Shown here: piece after piece, positions 1-10,683 of the stretch
Layout: every line of letters begins with the position of its first letter
How positions within the stretch are numbered: the first letter of the stretch is position 1
From: Ignavibacteriales bacterium
GTDB taxonomy: Bacteria; Bacteroidota; Ignavibacteria; UBA10030; UBA6906
Length of the DNA: 30,279 bases
Direction of reading: 5' to 3'
Assembly (NCBI GenBank): GCA_037441705.1
Contig: JBBIRR010000044.1
Location: 1-30,279 of the forward strand
Notes under the pieces: generated by a model
Seen by the model: the letters and a program-made list of their open reading frames with translations, nothing else
Told to the model about the DNA's origin: nothing
Database searches by the model: none
Translations under genes and position numbers: made by a program

Positions 1-43
1 GATGGGCGTTCGGTGTAGCTTATGGAGGGCAGGCGTCCAAAAA

Positions 44-1327
44 TCAAGACGCCCAATACACTCTGCCGTTGTTGATGACTCCTACCGATTTGCCGATGAG
101 TGTCCGTCCGTGGAAGGGCGAGTTCTTGGATTTAGATTTGAATCGCTGAACATCCACAGTCCATTCAACACTCGGATCAATGATCGTCAGGTTGGCCTCT
201 TCTCCTTCACGAATAAGGATCGGTGGAAGGTGAAGAATGCGACGAGGATTGGTCGAAAGTTTCTCAATGATCTGGTTTAACGAAAGAATACCCCTTGCAA
301 AGAGTTCTGTGATTGCAAGGCCAACGGCGGTCTCAAGACCCACAATGCCGAACGGCGCACATTGAAACTCTACCTGTTTGTCATCGAAAGAATGCGGAGC
401 GTGATCGGTCGCGATTACCTCGATTGTTCCGTCCCGTAAACCCTCTTTGAGTGCCTCGACGTCATCACGTGTACGCAGCGGCGGATTCATCTTCGTGTTC
501 GTATCGTACGAACGAACGGCATCGTCGGTAAGCGTGAAGTGATGCGGGGTAACTTCGCAGCTGACATTGAGCTTGTCCTTCTTCGCCCGTCGGATCAGCG
601 CAAGGGAACCTGCGGTGCTCATGTGCGCCACATGATATTGAGCACCCGTGTAGCGCACAAGAGCAATATCTCTGGCGACCATGACATCCTCGGCAATTGC
701 CGGCATGCCGGGCAGTCCGAGCGTGGTTGCGTTGAAGCCTTCGTTCATCACTCCGCCCTTCGTCAGCGGCAGGTCCTGTGCGTGTTGGATGATGGGCTTG
801 TTGAACATTTTTGCATACTCCAGTGCGCGCCGCATGATCTCGGCGTCGTGCACGGGATCGCCGTCGTCAGTGAAGGCAACCGCCCCCGCCGTTGCAAGCT
901 CGGCCAGCGGCGCCAGTTGCTCGCCTTTCCTGCCGATAGTAGCGGCGGCAACCGGATACACATCAACCAAACCGCCGAGAGCCGCCTTTGCTTTTTCGTG
1001 AATGAATTTGATGACGGCCTCATCATCAATTGCGGGATTGGTGTTGGGCATACAGGCAACGCCGGTGAAACCACCAGCCGCTGCCGCAGTACAGCCGGTC
1101 AGGATCGTCTCCTTGTACTCAAAGCCCGGTTCGCGCAGATGCACATGCATGTCGAAAAAGCCCGGTGCAACAATCTTCCCTTTCACATCAACAACTTCGG
1201 CTGATGCGGGCACGGGCATCCCTGCTCTAATCGTTTCAATCATTCCATCAACGATGTGAATGTCCACCGTCTCATCGCGTCCGGAGACTGGATCGATCAG
1301 GCGACCGTTTTTCAATACCATGTTCAT
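44..1327 (-). CDS. pyrC: Dihydroorotase (type I, multifunctional-complex type), ~427 aa
   Basis: Motifs PGFFDMHVHLREPG, ACMPNT, CEVTPHH, KMNPPLR, IATDHAPH and SKSKNSPF; lies downstream of pyrB. Start moved to ATG 1327 (MNMVLKNG) because the longer ORF overlaps pyrB. Confidence 0.96.
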   Translation of the reverse strand: MNMVLKNGRLIDPVSGRDETVDIHIVDGMIETIRAGMPVPASAEVVDVKGKIVAPGFFDMHVHLREPGFEYKETILTGCTAAAAGGFTGVACMPNTNPAIDDEAVIKFIHEKAKAALGGLVDVYPVAAATIGRKGEQLAPLAELATAGAVAFTDDGDPVHDAEIMRRALEYAKMFNKPIIQHAQDLPLTKGGVMNEGFNATTLGLPGMPAIAEDVMVARDIALVRYTGAQYHVAHMSTAGSLALIRRAKKDKLNVSCEVTPHHFTLTDDAVRSYDTNTKMNPPLRTRDDVEALKEGLRDGTIEVIATDHAPHSFDDKQVEFQCAPFGIVGLETAVGLAITELFARGILSLNQIIEKLSTNPRRILHLPPILIREGEEANLTIIDPSVEWTVDVQRFKSKSKNSPFHGRTLIGKSVGVINNGRVYWAS

Positions 1328-1355
1328 AAGTGTTTCACCGGCATGTTCTTTCAGA

Positions 1356-2273
1356 TTATCGTGTCCCGAGCAGGTAGAGCACGGCCATTCGGACGGCGAC
1401 CCCGTTGAGCACCTGTTGGAGGATGACGGAGTTCTCGCTATCGGCAACGTCGGCGGAGATTTCGACATCGCGGTTAATGGGTCCGGGATGCATAATCACG
1501 ATGTCGCGACCGGCTTTCTCCAATCGTTGTCGCGTGATGCCGTAGAAATTGTGATATTCACGGATGGACGGGAATAGCCGTCCCGCGTCGCGCTCGAGTT
1601 GAATCCGAAGAACGTTCAACGCGTCCACACGCGGCAGGACATCGTCGATGTGGTAGTACACATCAACGCCCAGCCGCTCGATCTCCCGCGGAATCAACGT
1701 CGCCGGTCCGCAGACCGACACCTTCGCCCCCATTGTTTTCAGCCCGTAGATGTTCGAACGCGCAACCCGACTGTGAGCAATGTCGCCGACGATGCAGACA
1801 TGCAAGCCCTCGAGGCGACCGAACTTCTCGCGCAGCGTGTACATATCCAGTAGCGCCTGCGTTGGATGTTCGTGACCACCGTCGCCGGCGTTGATAACGC
1901 TGGAGTTGATGACGGTAGAAAGATAATGCGGCGCCCCGGCCGCGGAGTGCCGCATCACGACCATGTCAATCTTCATCGCCTCGATGTTGCGAGCAGTATC
2001 CTTGAGGGTTTCTCCTTTTGCAACGCTGCTGCCCGCAGCCTGAAAACCTAACACATCCGCCGAGAGCCGCCGCTCGGCAAGCTCAAAGGACAATCGGGTC
2101 CGGGTCGAGCTTTCGAAAAACAGATTGGCAACCGTCTTGCCTTGCAGCGGCGGGACTTTCTTGATGGGCCGCTCAAGCACTTCGCGGAACGACACCGCCG
2201 TATCGAGGATAAGTTCAATATCCTCCTTCGGCATGCCATCGAGACCCAACAGGTGTTTACTGTGCAGGGGCAT
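1356..2273 (-). CDS. pyrB: Aspartate carbamoyltransferase catalytic subunit
   Basis: FFESSTRTRLSFE carbamoyl-phosphate motif, plus KGETLKDT, INAGDGGHEHPTQALLD, GDIAHSRVARSN, RIQLER and MHPGPINR. Confidence 0.97.
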   Translation of the reverse strand: MPLHSKHLLGLDGMPKEDIELILDTAVSFREVLERPIKKVPPLQGKTVANLFFESSTRTRLSFELAERRLSADVLGFQAAGSSVAKGETLKDTARNIEAMKIDMVVMRHSAAGAPHYLSTVINSSVINAGDGGHEHPTQALLDMYTLREKFGRLEGLHVCIVGDIAHSRVARSNIYGLKTMGAKVSVCGPATLIPREIERLGVDVYYHIDDVLPRVDALNVLRIQLERDAGRLFPSIREYHNFYGITRQRLEKAGRDIVIMHPGPINRDVEISADVADSENSVILQQVLNGVAVRMAVLYLLGTR

Positions 2274-2282
2274 CTTTTTCAG

Positions 2283-2419
2283 AAATCTCCAAATCTCAAA
2301 TGTTCAAGCTCCAAACAAATCTCAAGCATCAAAGGAAGAAACATCCGTTTGCTTCAAGCCGCTGCATTGGATTGTGATTTGAAATTTGGACCTTGTTTGG
2401 AACTTGGAGCTTGAGCATT
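2283..2419. repeat. Intergenic element of degenerate 7-nt repeats forming a long imperfect inverted repeat
   Basis: Left arm is rich in AAATCTC/CAAGCTC-like units and right arm in TTGGAAC/TTGGAGC/TTGAAAT-like units. AATGTTCAAGCTCCAA (2299-2314) is the reverse complement, with 1 mismatch, of TTGGAGCTTGAGCATT (2404-2419). Confidence 0.7.
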
Positions 2420-2425
2420 ACCCAA

Positions 2426-3281
<856 letters not shown>

Positions 3282-3295
3282 TCGCAATTGCTGCA

Positions 3296-3326
3296 CAAAG
3301 ATACGAAACATCCGTCATGCGCGCAA
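3296..3326 (-). promoter_or_regulatory. Putative primary-sigma promoter for tRNA-Val (and probably the pyr leader)
   Basis: TTGCGC-17 nt-TATCTT. The -10 region TATCTTTG also fits the Bacteroidota TAnnTTTG element, and it ends ~14 nt upstream of the tRNA. Confidence 0.6.
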
Positions 3327-3391
3327 GGGGTCAGGATGTGGCTCGTCCCGGATGGTACGAGGAACATCCTTGCGTCAGTCTTTCTGTATTC

Positions 3392-3646
3392 CTAGAATTG
3401 TTTCCCCTGCCAGGCCAACCCCATCGTTTCGTTTATGCTTGCTCCGGTAAGGTCCGCGCCTGTAAGGTCGGCACCAGTGAAGACGGTGTTGTTGAGATTG
3501 GCTTTGCTGAAATTGACCTGCGCGAGATTGCGACCGCTGAAGTCGGCTCCGCTCAGGTCGGGCACAATTTCCGGATTAGTCTTCCGCCAGTTGTTCCAGA
3601 AGCTGACCCCCTTCGATAGAACATCGAGATGCGTTGGGTTAGCCAT
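3392..3646 (-). CDS. Small pentapeptide-repeat protein (84 aa)
   Basis: MANPTHLDVLSKGVSFWNNWR..PDLSGADFS cap followed by A(D/N)Lxx-type repeats (ADFSG RNLAQ VNFSK ANLNN TVFTG ADLTG ADLTG); AAGGAG RBS. Confidence 0.85.
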   Translation of the reverse strand: MANPTHLDVLSKGVSFWNNWRKTNPEIVPDLSGADFSGRNLAQVNFSKANLNNTVFTGADLTGADLTGASINETMGLAWQGKQF

Positions 3647-3789
3647 GAGTGTAGCTCCTTAGGTTTGGTTGTGGGGATAGTGATTGATGGTAAGGCGATG
3701 TCCGGTTTGTGCGCAGGATCAGGTGGCTTTTGACGAAACAACGTACGCAGAAGATTCCCCAAAGGCAAGGAAATCCTTCCGCAGCGACG

Positions 3790-3818
3790 AAAAGCCCCAA
3801 CCGCGCCGATCGGGGCTT
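3790..3818 (-). terminator. Intrinsic terminator after the T9SS-domain gene
   Basis: Minus strand AAGCCCCGATCGGCGCGGTTGGGGCTTTT, ~20 nt after the stop codon. Confidence 0.7.
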
Positions 3819-3840
3819 CAGCTCAAACATCGAGCACGCG

Positions 3841-6093
3841 TCATCGCGTGAGCAGGAGTTTTCTCGTCGCGACGAAGTTTCCAGCTCGGAGCCGATAGTA
3901 GTAAACGCCGCTGGCAAGGTGAGAAGCGTTGAACGTCGCCTCGTACATTCCGGGCTGTTTCACTTCGTTCACTAACGTCGCAACCTCACGACCCAACACA
4001 TCAAGCACCATCAACGAGACAAATGCCGGAGATGCTACCGCAAAGGGAATGCGCGTGGAGGGATTGAACGGGTTGGGATAGTTTTGCGCAAGCGAGAATT
4101 CCGTGACGGTCGGCGCCCCGTGTTCCGCAACATTCGTCAGCACATCAACCTGAATCGGATCGGTGAAGTGCACCGTGCCATCGAGATCAATTTGCTTGAG
4201 CCTGTAAAGCCATGCCCCGGGAGTTGCAGTAATGTCCACGAACTCATAGTGCTGAGGCTCGAGCGTTGTTCCATGACCCGGCACGAAACTGTTGGGGATG
4301 GTCTGGTAGGGTTCAGCCTGGCTGCGCGACTTCTGCACCTCAAAGCCGTAATTGTTGATCTCGCTGATCGTTCCCCAACGAAGATGCACATGGCCCCCGT
4401 TGATCACGGTACCAGCGAAGTATGCAAGCTGGATCGGGAGTACGGATCCCGGATCGATCTTTGCCCACCATGTGCCCCAGCGCCCATCATTTATCCCTGG
4501 TCCAACGTTCGAATCAGCATACTCCTGAATCGTCCAGAACGTATAGTCATCCGCCGGATCGACCACAACGGCACTGTAATCGCCCCACCGATTAGACGAT
4601 CCGCCAAAGAATTTTCTGTAGCTACTCTCGCCATGTTTGATCACATCTACAGGCATCATTGAAGCGGGGGGATGCGTGCTCAGGCGTCCGGCAAAAACCG
4701 CCTGCGCATACTTTGAGGCATCCGATCGGGTGAAGCCGATGACTGCATCGTTGTTAGAGTTCGCAGAGATGCTCGGGAAGTAGTGATGCACACCGACGCC
4801 GCCGTCAAGGACCCCGGATTGAACGATAGGAAAAGTTGACGTGGGATCAAGTTGATACCAGAACACTGCCGTTCGGTTCGGGGCTGCGGGTCCTACCGGC
4901 AGTCCGGCGCTGTGCGCACACCAGATTCGTCCGTTGCGGTACACGGCGCTCAGCATGCGCGGGTCGTTTGTTTCGATGTCTGTTGCAGTACCTAACTGGT
5001 CTGCATCAATCTGTGAGTAGTTGAAGTTGTTGGTAACGAAGAATAGCCCTGTTCCGGAAAACGGTGAGCCGGGAATCACTGACCATGACGGAGCGGAAGC
5101 TGTTCCTGTAATGCGGGAAATTCTGATCAAGAAGACACCGCCCGCGTACCAACCGGAGTTATCGACAATGTAAAGCGTATCTCCGCCGAATGCCTGGCAA
5201 GGCTGCAACGTGAAACCATCAACGCCACCTGATAGATCAAAGCCTGTAGCGAAAACAGTCACAGTTAAGGTTCCTCCTGTAAGGGCAGTCGCCTTATCTA
5301 TCACCCACATCTTCGCACCAGCGAACGTTGGCGAGCCGGCCACCGTGAACATATTCTGGGTGATTGCAATCCAGAGACTATTCACACCGAACCCTGGATA
5401 ATCCGCCCACGTCGCGTTCGTAGCATCGGCGTCAAGCTCGTAGAACGTCCACGTCCCAGTGGGGTCGCTCGTTGATGAGATGGCAAAACACACTCTGGAG
5501 GTCGTAGAGTTTGGGTCTCCATCGCACACGGCGATCCACCGTCCGGCGAGCGCATCATACAGGATTTTCGGGTCGTACTTCGACCCGCTGATGGATGACC
5601 AAAAGGAGGAGAGACTGACGGTACCGATCACAGTTCCGGTTTTCGTTTGGATCCTCACCTGGCTGTTGAGCATTGTCATCGCGTGCGATGGACCTATAGC
5701 TCCATGTGTATCCGGAGGAATCACTGTGTTATTATCCGGTAGCGCCTCAAAATCCAGCGTGGGAGACAACGGTGTCATGGTTGCGTCGCGCTGCAGCGTG
5801 TGGGACCTCGTTGCCGTTCGTGCAAGCTCAGCTTGCGGCCGGATGTACCCTATTCGCTCGGGAGCGCCGACAGCACGCGGCCCCGGTCCCTGACCCGGCG
5901 GAGGAGCAATGCTCGGTTGTTCGTGAACGCCTCCTCTTTGCCTGTCAATAGCAACAATCTCACTCCATGTTCGTTTGCCGAGAGGCTCGACCGTGATTGT
6001 TTGCTGCGCAGAAGCGGATTGCGGCGTGGCGTTTCCCAAGGCAAATACCAACCATGCTGCCAGAGAGCTTCGAAGGAATCGTTCAACCCGCAT
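3841..6093 (-). CDS. Secreted protein with T9SS type A sorting domain; uncharacterised beta-rich (probably propeller-like) N-terminal domain
   Basis: N-terminal signal peptide; motifs PPDTHGAIGP, DPKILYD, DYPGFG and RWGDYS; LPIQL..LRWGTISEINNYGFEVQKS Ig-like module; C-terminal FSLAQNYPNPFNPST..LASGVYYYRL..TRKLLLTR. Confidence 0.85.
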   Translation of the reverse strand: MRVERFLRSSLAAWLVFALGNATPQSASAQQTITVEPLGKRTWSEIVAIDRQRGGVHEQPSIAPPPGQGPGPRAVGAPERIGYIRPQAELARTATRSHTLQRDATMTPLSPTLDFEALPDNNTVIPPDTHGAIGPSHAMTMLNSQVRIQTKTGTVIGTVSLSSFWSSISGSKYDPKILYDALAGRWIAVCDGDPNSTTSRVCFAISSTSDPTGTWTFYELDADATNATWADYPGFGVNSLWIAITQNMFTVAGSPTFAGAKMWVIDKATALTGGTLTVTVFATGFDLSGGVDGFTLQPCQAFGGDTLYIVDNSGWYAGGVFLIRISRITGTASAPSWSVIPGSPFSGTGLFFVTNNFNYSQIDADQLGTATDIETNDPRMLSAVYRNGRIWCAHSAGLPVGPAAPNRTAVFWYQLDPTSTFPIVQSGVLDGGVGVHHYFPSISANSNNDAVIGFTRSDASKYAQAVFAGRLSTHPPASMMPVDVIKHGESSYRKFFGGSSNRWGDYSAVVVDPADDYTFWTIQEYADSNVGPGINDGRWGTWWAKIDPGSVLPIQLAYFAGTVINGGHVHLRWGTISEINNYGFEVQKSRSQAEPYQTIPNSFVPGHGTTLEPQHYEFVDITATPGAWLYRLKQIDLDGTVHFTDPIQVDVLTNVAEHGAPTVTEFSLAQNYPNPFNPSTRIPFAVASPAFVSLMVLDVLGREVATLVNEVKQPGMYEATFNASHLASGVYYYRLRAGNFVATRKLLLTR

Positions 6094-6326
6094 GAATACT
6101 TCTCCGGAATTGTTCTGACGTGAATGATTGCATTCTTCACAGAGGCACGTCGTGAGGTGGCACAGGGATGCCTGTCCTCCGAATGATGGGCTTTGATCAA
6201 ACAGGAGTATGTGGGCAGAGGATGGATGGGTAGGTTTCTACTCCACACGGCAATTTGCCCCCCTCTTGTGCAATAGAAGCAATCTACCAAAACATATCAA
6301 CTTCACCAGAAATGGGCAAGAATTGT

Positions 6327-8801
6327 TTAAGATAAATTTCTCCTTTTTTTAGGCAGAGCATGCATGGGATTCTCAGGCCAATCATGCTTGGGATAGCGGC
6401 CGCGCATGTGTTTCCGAACCTCGGTGTAGGCATTCTGCCAGAAGCTCGGTAGATCCTGCGTCACCGCTACCGGGCGCTGAGCTGGAGAAAGCAGATGCAG
6501 CATAACTTTCTCTTTTCCGTCCGCAATCGTGGGCGTTTCCGTTTCTCCGAACATCTCCTGTACGCGTACAGCAAGAACGGGCGGATCGCTTGTGTAATCA
6601 AGTTGGATGCGCAACCCCGTTGGAACGGTCACATGAGTCGGAGCGAGACGGTCTAGCAGCCGCAGTTTCTCGTGCGAGAATTGCGCACGCATCACTTTCT
6701 TCATATCAAGCTTCTGAAGCTGAGCAAAACCCATCATGCCCACGACGAACGGTGCCAACCACTCATCGAGGGTCGCCACCAGATGATCGTCGGAAAGAAC
6801 GGGCCAGTCATTGCCAACGAGAGAACGCATGCGAAGCCACTCGCTTCGATCCTTAATCGAACGACTTTCTTTTGTCCACGGAAGAATGTCCAGCCCCCGC
6901 TTCCGTATTGCCTCCATCAGCATGGAGCGCACGAGTTCCTGTGATGGCGTGATGGGAACCGCCGAGAGTTCTACCGCGCCAAGTCTGGTTACGCGCTCGC
7001 CGACCACGGCCTCGCGCTTTTCATCCCAGCGTACCTCATCGTTGCTCACAAGCTCTTCAGAGAAGACAGAAACGATGTCCTCTTCAGAAATAGGAGCAGC
7101 AAGGAGGATGCGCACCTCGCTCCCGGCTCCATCCACCTCGCCGACGGCGAGATAGCGTTCGCGAGAAAGTATGCTGCTCTTCGGGAGAGTTGCGCTTGTG
7201 CCCCCGGCAAGCTGATAGCGTACACCGTCTTTCTCTCGCTGCTTAGCTACACGCTCGGGGTAGGCAAGGGCCAGCAAAATGCCGAGATCCCTCTCTGACC
7301 CCTTCTCGTTCTTCACACCGATCATTTTTCGATAGCGCTCGGCCTGCCGTTGTGCCCGGTCAACTACGAAGCGATCACGGGCGCGACCGCTTTGAAGAAT
7401 GTGCCACCGTGAGGCGAGGTCGATGTCCCTGTCACGTTCACCGTGCAGCAAGTCTCGCTCCTCCAGCATCGCCGCGACATCGCAGGCAAGAGCGCCGAGG
7501 CCCCTTTGTTTGCCGCGAAGCATCATGTGCGCAAGACGAGGATGCGTGGGAAGATCAGCCATTGCGCGACCGTGCGCGGTGAGTCTGCCCTCGGCATCGA
7601 GAGCGCCGAGTTGGGCGAGCAGTGTTCGTGCCTGCGCGAGATGCGCTTTCGGGGGAGGGTCGAGAAATTGGAGATGCTCTCCAAGCGGGTCGCCCCATCG
7701 GGCAAGCTCCAACGCGAGTGCGGCGAGATCACTCACGAGAATCTCCGGCGGATGAAAGCGCGATAACTCGGCGTGCCGCTTCTCCGTCCACAACCGATAG
7801 CAGACGCCCGGCTGCTGTCTCCCCGCACGTCCCCGGCGTTGTTCGGCATTCGCTTGCGACACGGGCACGGTGATAAGGCCCGTCATGCCGCGCCGTGGAT
7901 CGAAGCTTACGGTGCGCATCAAACCCGAATCAATCACGACGCGCACGCCATCAATGGTAAGGCTCGTCTCAGCGACGTTGGTAGAGAGGATGACTTTGCG
8001 CATCCTTGGAGGAGCAGGGCTGAGCGCTGCACGCTGCTGCTCGAGAGAAGCTTCGCCATACAGTGTCGTCAAGAGAACATCATCGGGCAGCCCTTTATCG
8101 ACGAGCAATTGTTCTACGCGGCGGATTTCTCGCTGTCCGGGAAGGAACACGAGTATGTCCCCGCTCTCCTTGTTCAACGCCCGAACAACCGCATCAGCAA
8201 CAATCTGCTCTATGCTTCCTTTCGGTTCGTGCTGCACATAGTGTGTGACGACCGGAAAGGCCCTCCCTTCGCTTTTCACGATCGGCGCGTCAGCTACGAG
8301 AGAAGCAATTCTCCCATCATCAAGTGTTGCGGACATCAGGAGAATGCGTAAGTCATTCCGTAGATGGCGTTGTACATCGAGGGCGAATGCCAGGCCGAGA
8401 TCGGCGTGAAGGCTGCGCTCATGAAACTCATCGAAAATGACAAGTCCGACACCCGACAAAGATTGGTCGTCTTGCATCATCCGGGTCAGGATTCCTTCCG
8501 TTACAACTTCGATCCGCGTTCTGCTGCTCACCCGCGTTTCGCCGCGAATGCGGAAGCCCACAGTTTCGCCGACACGCTCGCGAAGAAGCTGTGCCATGTA
8601 CGCTGCGGCACGTTGAGCGGCAAGCCGACGAGGCTCGAGCATTACAATCTTTTTTCCGGCAAGCCAATGATCATGCACGAGAGCTAAAGGCACGCGCGTG
8701 GTTTTGCCTGCACCGGGCGCAGCACCAAGAAGTAGCGTGGTCGCTCGCTCAAGTGCGGAACGCAATTCCGGAAGAATGTGATCGATAGGAAGAGAAGACA
8801 T
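6327..8801 (-). CDS. hrpB: ATP-dependent RNA helicase HrpB
   Basis: GAGKTTRVPL, EPRRLAA, DEFHERS, MSATL, STNVAETSLTIDGV and QRRGRAGR; HrpB C-terminus LHLLSPAQRPVAVTQDL..GRYPKHDWP. Confidence 0.95.
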   Translation of the reverse strand: MSSLPIDHILPELRSALERATTLLLGAAPGAGKTTRVPLALVHDHWLAGKKIVMLEPRRLAAQRAAAYMAQLLRERVGETVGFRIRGETRVSSRTRIEVVTEGILTRMMQDDQSLSGVGLVIFDEFHERSLHADLGLAFALDVQRHLRNDLRILLMSATLDDGRIASLVADAPIVKSEGRAFPVVTHYVQHEPKGSIEQIVADAVVRALNKESGDILVFLPGQREIRRVEQLLVDKGLPDDVLLTTLYGEASLEQQRAALSPAPPRMRKVILSTNVAETSLTIDGVRVVIDSGLMRTVSFDPRRGMTGLITVPVSQANAEQRRGRAGRQQPGVCYRLWTEKRHAELSRFHPPEILVSDLAALALELARWGDPLGEHLQFLDPPPKAHLAQARTLLAQLGALDAEGRLTAHGRAMADLPTHPRLAHMMLRGKQRGLGALACDVAAMLEERDLLHGERDRDIDLASRWHILQSGRARDRFVVDRAQRQAERYRKMIGVKNEKGSERDLGILLALAYPERVAKQREKDGVRYQLAGGTSATLPKSSILSRERYLAVGEVDGAGSEVRILLAAPISEEDIVSVFSEELVSNDEVRWDEKREAVVGERVTRLGAVELSAVPITPSQELVRSMLMEAIRKRGLDILPWTKESRSIKDRSEWLRMRSLVGNDWPVLSDDHLVATLDEWLAPFVVGMMGFAQLQKLDMKKVMRAQFSHEKLRLLDRLAPTHVTVPTGLRIQLDYTSDPPVLAVRVQEMFGETETPTIADGKEKVMLHLLSPAQRPVAVTQDLPSFWQNAYTEVRKHMRGRYPKHDWPENPMHALPKKRRNLS

Positions 8802-8941
8802 GGTGGGTTCTGCCCAGCTACCTCAGGCAAGAAACTGAATCATGGCAAAACGAGTCGTGCACCGGCGAACTCGAGACCGACGTTTACGACCAGCAATGGA
8901 AGCGGAATGCAAGTTATAAGAAGCTATCGAGAATGTCAACG

Positions 8942-9832
8942 TTATCGTAAAAACAAAACGGCCACTCCAACAACCGCGACAACCGCTCCGACAACTGCGC
9001 GCACAGTAAGTTTCTCCTTGTAGATGAACCGTACGAGCGGCAGCATCAAAACAGGAACGGTCGCCATGATGGTCGCCGCGATGCCTACCTTCGTGTGTTT
9101 GATGGCAATGAGACTGAAGGAGATGCCGAGGAAAGGCCCCAGCACGGAGCCGGCAGCAGTCAAGTAAAACGACGTTCGATCCTTCGCAAACATGGTTTGC
9201 GGGCTCTCGTACCGTCGGGCTGCCGCGGCAACGGGAAGCAGCAAGACTAATGATGCGGCGATCCGCACTGCGGTGGCAACAAACCCATTGATGGCTCCTT
9301 CCCGAAATGCCATCTTCGCGAAGATCAACCCCGCGCCCTGGCCCGTTGCAGCTAACAACGCCAGGATGATGCCGGAGAGCGAATCGGTAATCATGGAAGA
9401 TCGATCGGGGCTTCGCTCAAGAACGACGAGGCATATGCCCGTCACGGTGATCACGATGCCGACAATTCCGACGGCAGAGAGAGTTTCATCCAACACAAAA
9501 TACGCAAGAACGGCTGCGATGGCAGGAGCGAGCGACATGATGAGCATTGTGATGCGGGCGCCGATGCTCTGAAACGCCTTGAAGAGAAACGTATCGCCGA
9601 GCGCAAGTCCGATGACACCGCTGATGCCAAGGTTGAGAATCTGCGTCGAAGAGAGCGCGAGGCTCAACCGGGCAGCGCCAATCAACACAACGAGATAGAC
9701 AAGCGCCAGGAGCAGTCGTGTAACGTTCACCTGAAACGACCCGGCGCGCCGCGTAGCCTCGGCGAATGCCAACGAACTCCCCGACCAGCAACACGCCGTC
9801 AGCAATGCACTCAACTCGCCGAGAAGCGGCAT
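8942..9832 (-). CDS. DMT/EamA family transporter
   Basis: About 10 hydrophobic helices arranged as two EamA-like halves (GLALGDTFLFKAF..IGAR, GISFSLIAIKHTKVGIA). Confidence 0.88.
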   Translation of the reverse strand: MPLLGELSALLTACCWSGSSLAFAEATRRAGSFQVNVTRLLLALVYLVVLIGAARLSLALSSTQILNLGISGVIGLALGDTFLFKAFQSIGARITMLIMSLAPAIAAVLAYFVLDETLSAVGIVGIVITVTGICLVVLERSPDRSSMITDSLSGIILALLAATGQGAGLIFAKMAFREGAINGFVATAVRIAASLVLLLPVAAAARRYESPQTMFAKDRTSFYLTAAGSVLGPFLGISFSLIAIKHTKVGIAATIMATVPVLMLPLVRFIYKEKLTVRAVVGAVVAVVGVAVLFLR

Positions 9833-9838
9833 ACTGTT

Positions 9839-10675
9839 CTATCGAAAAATGGAGTTGAGACGGAGCGGCGTCCCGCTGACCGGAAACTTGAACAACTTTG
9901 CCGCGTTCTCATACATGATCTTGTTCATGTCCTTGGGCGGGAGTTTGATTTCCTCCATGAACTCCAGATACGACTCCATGGAGGAGATAGGCCAATCGGT
10001 GCCAAACAGCACGTTGTCCGCCTCGACGCCATAGAGCAACATGTCATGCAACTGTTGACGCATGTAGCGCTCGAAACGATCCGTGAAATCACCCAACACC
10101 AACCCCGAAATATCCGTGTATACATTCTTGTTCTTATACACCACCTCCATGCAGTCCCGTATCCACGGGTTGCCGATGTGGCAGATCACAAAGTTCACGT
10201 TCGGATGATCCACCGCAACATCATCGATATGAAGCGGATGGGCATACTTCACTTTCCCCTTCGGGTCATACGTGTCGCCGGAGTGAATCATGACCGGCAC
10301 GCCGAATTCTTCAGCCAGTGCATATACCGGCTCAAGTTTTGGATCGAAGGGATAGAACGGTTCGTAGCCTGGATAAAGCTTCAAGCCCCGCACGGAACCC
10401 TCCTTCAAATACTCTCGTACTTCGTCAAGATATTCTTGCGTGAAATTGAGGTAGCTGACGCCCGCAACAACATAGATGTTGGTGAGATGACGCGTTGCAT
10501 TCACCACATCGCGAGTGGAGGGGCGTCCCGGGTTCACCTTATACGATGTAAGAACGAGCGCGATATCAATCCGGTTGCGACGCATCTGAAGCTGAAGGTC
10601 GTCCAGACATTGCTGCAGCGACTCGATCTCTTCGTTGTGGTAGTTGTTGAGATGGGTGTGACAATCAATGATCAT
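9839..10675 (-). CDS. Amidohydrolase family 2 metal-dependent hydrolase, 278 aa
   Basis: MIIDCHTHL (HxH), GLKLYPGY, VPVMIHSG, ICHIG, YTDIS and LFGTDWP; start set at ATG 10675, 8 nt after the upstream stop. Confidence 0.9.
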   Translation of the reverse strand: MIIDCHTHLNNYHNEEIESLQQCLDDLQLQMRRNRIDIALVLTSYKVNPGRPSTRDVVNATRHLTNIYVVAGVSYLNFTQEYLDEVREYLKEGSVRGLKLYPGYEPFYPFDPKLEPVYALAEEFGVPVMIHSGDTYDPKGKVKYAHPLHIDDVAVDHPNVNFVICHIGNPWIRDCMEVVYKNKNVYTDISGLVLGDFTDRFERYMRQQLHDMLLYGVEADNVLFGTDWPISSMESYLEFMEEIKLPPKDMNKIMYENAAKLFKFPVSGTPLRLNSIFR

Positions 10676-10683
10676 GCGGTGCG

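Noticed and set aside
1328-1468. N-terminal extensions in the ORF track for pyrC (also pyrR 2972-3079, amidohydrolase 10676-10864, kinase 27101-27190, permease 28300-28437)
   Set aside because: They overlap upstream genes or leaders and lack family similarity; downstream ATGs match the family N-termini.
6158-6171. TGGCACAGGGATGC as a sigma54 promoter
   Set aside because: GG-to-GC spacing is 9 rather than 10, and it points away from the neighbouring gene.
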